Shown: positions 61,601 through 64,000 of the stretch, one piece after another
How the letters are laid out: every line of letters starts with the position of its first letter
Position numbering within the stretch: position 1 is the first letter of the stretch
Source: Candidatus Zhuqueibacterota bacterium
Lineage (GTDB): Bacteria > Zhuqueibacterota > Zhuqueibacteria > Thermofontimicrobiales > Thiofontviventaceae
Direction: 5' to 3'
Assembly: GCA_016931935.1 (NCBI GenBank)
Contig: JAFGDW010000237.1
Location: 35,745-99,744, forward strand
DNA: 64,000 nucleotides
Notes under the pieces: generated by a model
The model's database searches: none
The model's input: only the letters and a program-made list of their open reading frames with translations
Told to the model about the DNA's origin: nothing
Translations under genes and position numbers: made by a program

Positions 61601-62003
61601 CTACAATCTATTAGAAAAAAATAGCTTCGTTCTCAACGATGGGAAAAAAGTTCATAATTACAAATTGATTGCAGGAACCGAATCATTCGTAAATTCCAAT
61701 AACGGTGGCATCCCATTAATTCCGTTGAGTTTTGAACTATTTAATAATTACCCGAATCCGTTCAATCCATCAACGACAATCAGTTTCAATATTTCTCAGC
61801 GAACACATGTTGAAATTCAATTGTACAACATTCTAGGTCAGCGCATACGAACACTTATAGATCAAACGATGCGTGGTGGCCATCATCAACTGGTATGGGA
61901 TGGGACAAATGAACGAGGCATTTCTGTTGCATCAGGCCTCTATTTTGTGCATTTGAAAGCAGAAGGTAAACACTCAGTTAAGAAAATGATGATCATTAAA
62001 TAA
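52662..62003 (+). CDS. Giant (3,113 aa) T9SS cargo protein: beta-propeller-like N-terminal region, ~16 tandem Ig-like (ASH / choice-of-anchor-D type) repeats, jelly-roll and LamG-like domains, type-A CTD
   Basis: GGAG is upstream of the ATG at 52662. It has a signal peptide. About 105-aa units recur, each ending I-x-SNDP-x-x-P…L-x-G-x-G. The LamG-like segment is …LTWKRGIRGQALEFTGNTNSHVSFQ…GMIDDLVITN. The last 85 aa read LFNNYPNPFNPSTTISFNI…YFVHL. Confidence 0.85.
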   Translation: MKYRFLFIALMLCFIINPAFGQAPVISNISVQQRGGEDIVDISYDLSASSEIIVRVSIFNDNEDINANSITGNGKGFVSPGEEKTLVWNAGEDFPNQYSEEMTVKFEAIDVDYNVVFTSELFTVDTRVNKPPVDGWQTISNNGNTFNEQILIDNKGKIWCFYLKSTGTRPDYCLKVLDEEGYIYKTERVVAHGSALVTGKHQTIRAAVNKLTGNVWAVFQGSHAENQTGFFVIFNDTAGIKQDSTALTSTTDAVNAPKVAAALNGDMWFSWHGGIPRTANAIGEYIRYTNYGEPVGSTSTFLNDADNGLFNTDIAVDKNNRIWLLVERSEDDYKSQYYISNTEKVIISSGDISSDNFYFDPRMSIYADTYNDRIWVLQKNIDSTYYRINGYYLVDEAVNTTTPILSTGICSFIMNENRNLEVVRYNPTNQRYQFREYNGTTGAIIGIDQWQTLFSGLPNPGPVDNYVAYNEKYSTRKVYLAHTDTELLKVKLKDAVLRTAAIAAIPDTIRFGSVGTDTIKTSTFRIKNIGTEIVNIQNISSSNARFTVNKTEIELNPGDSTTVTVTFSPNAVGDISGIITITSNADSGTETVYATGSGYIRTWSLTTNPTALNFGEVSTISVKRDSFYVRNIGNQRLTITNITSSNDRFTILQQDRNFSLSVGDSHIVRIDFTPNAESIFNGTANIYSNAGVEPHQVSLTGRGYVYTAANFFLEPTSIDFDSVLVGESSTDSFIVKNTGNLKLEVRSVVSNDARFAVLKEDSVFNVSPGDSHTVEIVFTPTSTKTYEGTITFINNDPETPEIFATVTGRGFSYGTPHIVVSKQSVTFQDVIVGQSDTNFVDIINTGTNVLKIESISLKDSFYIAYFDTAKWGTKPELHPNDSEKPFMRVNVIFTPTRLGDMDATLYILSNDPEFPQKSISVVGSSRNAAPPEISLPPSLAFENAIVSRKYSTQFYMGNTGEQNLMISGYRLNSSQFSLSGDSTRTLAPKQYLEYTLKFNPTQTGTIQDTLTFLTNDPNNPQAKISLIANNVRELYDQKIYVNLLSLEFETTALGKSTYKYIRIYNQGEKNLKVTSLSTNESQFIVDLDSFTVYPGSYKPVPIRFEPINATEISGQLTILSNDPKNGEVNVSLSGMGRNLGPANITSNLTTLNFQTVAVNHSVSKYIQIKNTGESILSVSNIELINDNSNVFTVSPKSFQLNPGSYRWVNVIYTPVAVEVSQAQMVVKSNDDDLSINLVGIGRELLAADISVSHELYNFEDVGLNQQSSFYLQIRNYGETTLSGAIALSDTTNYTISASSFTINGGQYRNILVIFQPTTIGQLNCQLNISSNDPETPKYTVNLNGQGRELQLQNIVIQPTSIDFGSVAIERSVVHYFLVNNSGEADLLINGITSTNANIFQVKNESFTVMAGRSRYIAVTFEPVEKRVYEAAIQISSNDPDRPYYELPVQGEGRELLGPIATLNPDSLNFGGVAVNDTLSLPVIIQNTGEEVLQISSVNRGETDNYWVSKDNFEIEPGHYDMYYVTFNPTSLDTFPALIEFVDNSDSATILKVTGFGRDSIAAQLVYNDDGVNFGKVAIGNSFVREFTVSNGGELPLSIQQISIDSSAFTVDTTSFTLLKHQQETLEIQFQPVKEDTIIASLKFIANGEMVSVPLYARGREFVAQTIGVLADTLSFGKTKIASAKSLPVTVYNYGDATLQVSNVLTSDTQFTPNTDGFSVAPGLSYSFNVSFVPQQADSISAFLYIQSNDPVRSTYSIFLSGTGVEPDIQKIDVTPNPVKFPLVSVNATGRQSLWISNIGEDTLKVTNIISNNSVFSTSFSTPFNILAGEYEQVYIYFSPTEVKTYEANIQIINNDPLNDTLAVRVEGTARVLGPPQIAIATDTLKFEATPVSNLYQRNILIQNIGESTLHVKNVSTSTNSRFSAQVNEFSVLSQNSYYLSIGFKPDSIGTFYDSLKISSDDPTDSTVTIYLYGIGRKNYPQKIEVSTTELNFGTTVINRPVTKSFRISNTGESKLTVLNIGLQESFAKEFQFSSSWMVLEPGTYQDINVTYNPTTKDTIGIEFEIRSNDPDHPNNYVKLTARCLNYFGPQLSISHSFLNFGSLIVGGHKEQRFYISNLSSQQALQIDSISVNAQYRTIYQISPASFSVPPLGQREVIVEFSPELAQYYNANLTVHHNDQYPGRETIDIYARGTQSSGSYVLNQISGWTVNTPPYPYTNIFSSTTGTVYFVKDIYITDIISSAHLFLFFADSIDFYINGSLVLSAKTTRADTSFVYDIQDYDVSPYLLYGRNRVAAKVYYNGGYGAFDCALLVNGEPVIKHGHNYSSEQLSWWNYFNYTGSGSTSPITFETRYWFDFEYGWSGADTLLTSFEFEPGINPYSVWDASSYGRQATFSNLTWKRGIRGQALEFTGNTNSHVSFQASLNGFPRTFQLWFNNYGKQSHIQTILSNSMNNSNGRGMYLDTNNILYVYSRNGAISTGYTILPNRWYFVALQYLSGQIRVIVDRTVVATFTITGQEIGGSVNTYLGGNPMLDSVENGFYGMIDDLVITNTAPVNVQIPNVMTVSSADTITSASATNIPVSLIVKPAPFEMQSAEFQYAIGGENNFKTINATVTDTTSVDSMLTFTIPAVDVNIRGLRYKLQLETNYGTMQFPDDGSSIWVPVSTVQESAHVVLRDTIYQMVSIPYNLDSTSITSIFQDNFGEYDPYNWRLFRWLPNQKMYEEYNDSSSAGWENIGRGEAVWLVTKERPSFNAGAGWSALDNNDVRIELQPGWNQIANPFPFPVRWTDIQLTANDDQVSDPFYYQTAGTSIGFLNWSDYNLEPWKGYFVENLDSTSSFLIIPPVAATSTSLDKQQGLVNIPSKYQDAALLISLDITRDNYSDRNNFIGIIHGASDNLDRFDNHEPPHIKDGIYLSLQNNVEKSKKFSADFRSWNNDGQIWIVNIENAKLKRTSSTFNVNLHTELPAGWLCYLFDLKSDVAYNLLEKNSFVLNDGKKVHNYKLIAGTESFVNSNNGGIPLIPLSFELFNNYPNPFNPSTTISFNISQRTHVEIQLYNILGQRIRTLIDQTMRGGHHQLVWDGTNERGISVASGLYFVHLKAEGKHSVKKMMIIK
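54160..59240 (+). repeat. Tandem in-frame array of ~16 diverged ~318-nt domain repeats inside the giant gene
   Basis: The recurring motif positions in the translation are ITSNADSGT, IYSNAGVEP, FINNDPETP, ILSNDPEFP, FLTNDPNNP, ILSNDPKNG, ISSNDPETP, ISSNDPDRP, IQSNDPVRS, IINNDPLND, ISSDDPTDS, IRSNDPDHP and VHHNDQYPG. Confidence 0.7.
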
Positions 62004-62027
62004 TATATAATCGCGGAGTAATTTCAC

Positions 62028-63146
62028 ATGAATAAATTGCTTATTGCCATTGTTACATTTACACTTGTCGGAAGTTGCTTTGGTCAAACAGAGTACTGGC
62101 CGTCACAACAACAAACGCGAACATTTCGCACTTCAATTGTAATTCAAAATTGGGGAATTGATGGTATTGATGAACGAATCGCTGAAGGCACATTTCCACT
62201 CAATCTATACTGGCCTGTCAACAATAAACTTAATCTTCAATTGACACATTCACCTGCAATGTCCCGGTTCGGTGATTTGCAATTAAGTGGCATGTCAGAT
62301 ACATGGATTAACGGATCCTACGCATTGTCTGATGATAAATACATTATATCAATGGGGATGGGATTGCCGACGGGAAAATCGAAATTAACGACTGAAGAAT
62401 ATGAACTTCAATCGAGTTTGAGCAATAATATGTTCCATTTTCGGCTTCCAGTGTATGGTCAGGGATTCACGCTGAATATGGGATTTGCTTCTGTTTATTC
62501 CATTAATGAGAAAACAGTTTTGGGTGGTGGCGCTAATTTTGTTTTTAAAGCGCCTTACCAAATAAGTGAGTCACTTGATAAGAGTTATGATCCGGGAAAT
62601 CAGCTTGGCTTGAATGCAGGAATAGATCATCAATTTTCGGATCAATTAAAATTGACGGTGGATTTATTGTACACTTATTATACGAACGATACTTTTGATG
62701 GTGCGGAAGTTTTCCATGCTGGTGGAAAAACAGGAGCCAAGCTCGGATTTACATACACAACAAATAAATATATTGCATGGGCAGTGGCTCGATATCGGTC
62801 ATCCGGAAAAAATGAAACATGGGATGGTCAAACGCGTGCGTTAATAACCGAACCTTTAAACACCAATATTACAGAACGAGAATTGAATGCTATATTTTGC
62901 TATATTTTGTCGGAGCTGTTTTCGATTGATGTACTATTTGAAGCGCGGTCTTATGTAGAAAACGAATACGGTGTCGGGCAGGCAGATGTTTTTGGTGGGG
63001 GAGTAGGAAATCACATTCAGCTACGTCCCAATATTTCATTAAAATCGTCATTTAAAATCTTTACGGGGGACGGCTACATTACAAATATGGGCGTCCCCGG
63101 AATTTCAGGTATTGAATTTACAATAGGAACTTCAGTCAAATTCTAA
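62028..63146 (+). CDS. Outer-membrane beta-barrel protein (possibly a T9SS/cargo-associated partner)
   Basis: GCGGAG is upstream. It has a signal peptide, amphipathic beta-strand periodicity and a C-terminal …TIGTSVKF. Confidence 0.45.
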   Translation: MNKLLIAIVTFTLVGSCFGQTEYWPSQQQTRTFRTSIVIQNWGIDGIDERIAEGTFPLNLYWPVNNKLNLQLTHSPAMSRFGDLQLSGMSDTWINGSYALSDDKYIISMGMGLPTGKSKLTTEEYELQSSLSNNMFHFRLPVYGQGFTLNMGFASVYSINEKTVLGGGANFVFKAPYQISESLDKSYDPGNQLGLNAGIDHQFSDQLKLTVDLLYTYYTNDTFDGAEVFHAGGKTGAKLGFTYTTNKYIAWAVARYRSSGKNETWDGQTRALITEPLNTNITERELNAIFCYILSELFSIDVLFEARSYVENEYGVGQADVFGGGVGNHIQLRPNISLKSSFKIFTGDGYITNMGVPGISGIEFTIGTSVKF

Positions 63147-63147
63147 A

Positions 63148-63375
63148 TTATTTGGCAATTGCTAATTGCATCCCATCCATGGACATTTGAAAATCAGTTT
63201 CACGAACCAGTGAGCCAACTGTAAAATAGCTGACAAGACTACGACCACAGTTATTTTCACAAACAAATTTATCCAAAATCCCGTCACAATCATTTTGAGA
63301 TTGGACCTGGAATCGTTTTACATTACCACAAGCTTCACAAGTAATAATCATTTCATCGATGTGGATGCTGCTCAT
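63148..63375 (-). CDS. Small Cys-rich (zinc-ribbon-like) hypothetical protein
   Basis: It has CEAC…CDG…CENNC spacing. It is 75 aa and ATG-initiated. Confidence 0.3.
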   Translation of the reverse strand: MSSIHIDEMIITCEACGNVKRFQVQSQNDCDGILDKFVCENNCGRSLVSYFTVGSLVRETDFQMSMDGMQLAIAK

Positions 63376-63553
63376 TTGGGCCTCAACTTTTATTATAGGT
63401 TCGTATAGAATTGCCTAAAGCTTTGCAACTTTTATACCATCTATTGAGATAATTTGTTATTATGGAAGTTAGCCAAAATGTAGGCGGTATAGCAATTACA
63501 CTCTTGTCTCAAAATGGACAATTTGTGAATTGAAACAAGACACAAAAAAACTC

Positions 63554-63582
63554 TTGACAATTTCATAATTTTTAAATATATT
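63554..63582 (+). promoter_or_regulatory. Consensus sigma-70-like promoter TTGACA-17 nt-TATATT
   Basis: It is an exact match to both hexamers with a 17-nt spacer. An ATG at 63588 opens a 43-codon ORF. A second, weaker TTGCAT-16-TTTATT pair lies at 63757-63784 just before tRNA-Gly. Confidence 0.35.
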
Positions 63583-63793
63583 GTGCCATGTTAAAATTGA
63601 CTATCATATGTATTTTGGTTGTGATAGCTTTTATTAGCAGTCGCATTTCGAGAAAACAAATAAAACGAGTCCGGCAGTACAGAGCAGCTGTCCTATCACG
63701 TTTAAAACATTACGAATAACACACCAAATTTGTCTAAAAATTTTTTAAAAAATACTTGCATAATTATAATTTTTTATTTATATTCCAAAGTCC

Positions 63794-63865
63794 GCGGGAG
63801 TAGTTCAGTGGTAGAACACCACCTTGCCAAGGTGGTTGTCGCGAGTTCAAGTCTCGTCTCCCGCT
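63794..63865 (+). tRNA. tRNA-Gly (anticodon GCC)
   Basis: It has GCGGGAG…CTTGCCAAG…CTCCCGC-T. The cloverleaf is near-identical to bacterial tRNA-Gly(GCC). Confidence 0.9.
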
Positions 63866-63877
63866 TTTTTTATTTGT

Positions 63878-63950
63878 GGCGGCGTAGCCAAGTGGCTAAG
63901 GCGGAGGTCTGCAAAACCTCTATTCATCGGTTCGACTCCGATCGCCGCCT
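63878..63950 (+). tRNA. tRNA-Cys (anticodon GCA)
   Basis: It has GGCGGCG…anticodon loop CTGCAAA…GGTTCGACTCCG…CGCCGCC-T. Confidence 0.9.
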
Positions 63951-63961
63951 TAACTATGTGC

Positions 63962-64000
63962 GCCGGGGTGGCGGAATTGGGAGACGCAAGGGACTTAAAA
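63962..64000 (+). tRNA. tRNA-Leu (anticodon TAA), 5' part only; runs off window end
   Basis: It begins GCCGGGGTGGCGGAATTGGGAGACGC… with anticodon loop CTTAAAA. Confidence 0.55.

Noticed and set aside
63895-63905. GGCTAAGGCGGAGG inside tRNA-Cys resembling the intergenic GGCTTAGGCGAAGG repeat word
   Set aside because: It is a short coincidental match within a conserved tRNA D/anticodon region. There is no flanking similarity.

Overview
This 64-kb window is about 42% GC and almost entirely coding. It appears to come from an anaerobic bacterium of the Fibrobacteres-Chlorobi-Bacteroidetes (FCB) superphylum. Two proteins end in a type-A type IX secretion system (T9SS) C-terminal sorting domain (NYPNPFN...). 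GGAGG Shine-Dalgarno sites precede many genes, which argues against Bacteroidia proper. There are ferredoxin-linked and glycyl-radical enzymes and a Tat-exported redox module. I saw no transposase, integrase, phage genes or CRISPR array.

Genes at 1-31.9 kb are all on the + strand. In order they are:
- two uroporphyrinogen decarboxylase (URO-D) family, MtaA-like paralogs
- a secreted alpha/alpha-toroid protein
- a PfkB sugar kinase
- a drug/metabolite transporter (DMT)-like transporter
- a sugar ABC substrate-binding protein
- an S9 serine peptidase
- a glycyl-radical enzyme (GRE) with its radical-SAM activase
- two ABC permeases
- a cupin D-lyxose/D-mannose isomerase
- a decayed third URO-D copy
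- a tandem pair of DhnA-type class I aldolases, the second fused to a four-cluster ferredoxin
- a tungsten-type aldehyde:ferredoxin oxidoreductase (AOR)
- a GH130/GH43-like beta-propeller glycosylase
- a large secreted protein
- a mutarotase-fold (DUF4432-like) protein
- a Na+/solute symporter
- a deoxyhypusine-synthase-like protein
- a frameshifted secreted protein
- a PfkB(RfaE-like)-kinase/HAD-phosphatase fusion

Further on, from 31.9 to 50.9 kb, lie a convergent soluble multi-PAS hybrid histidine kinase, a small outer-membrane (OM) barrel, a fused NapH+NapG-like membrane polyferredoxin, a lipoprotein, and a Tat-exported DUF362-like protein. A frameshifted DUF4846 gene and a disrupted NRAMP-like transporter follow, then a T9SS HExxH metalloprotease, an SNase-like nuclease, an alpha/beta hydrolase, an FGGY kinase, GT2, Pcm, DedA, tRNA-Pro(CGG), P5C dehydrogenase and a P-loop kinase.

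The last 13 kb holds a secreted TPR protein and a 3,113-aa T9SS cargo protein with about 16 tandem Ig-like repeats, then an OM beta-barrel, a small Cys-rich protein and a tRNA Gly-Cys-Leu cluster.

The most notable candidates are the aldolase-ferredoxin fusion coupled to AOR, the divergent GRE with a CGC Cys loop, and the NapH-NapG fusion. Two short repeat/hairpin families also occur in intergenic spacers.
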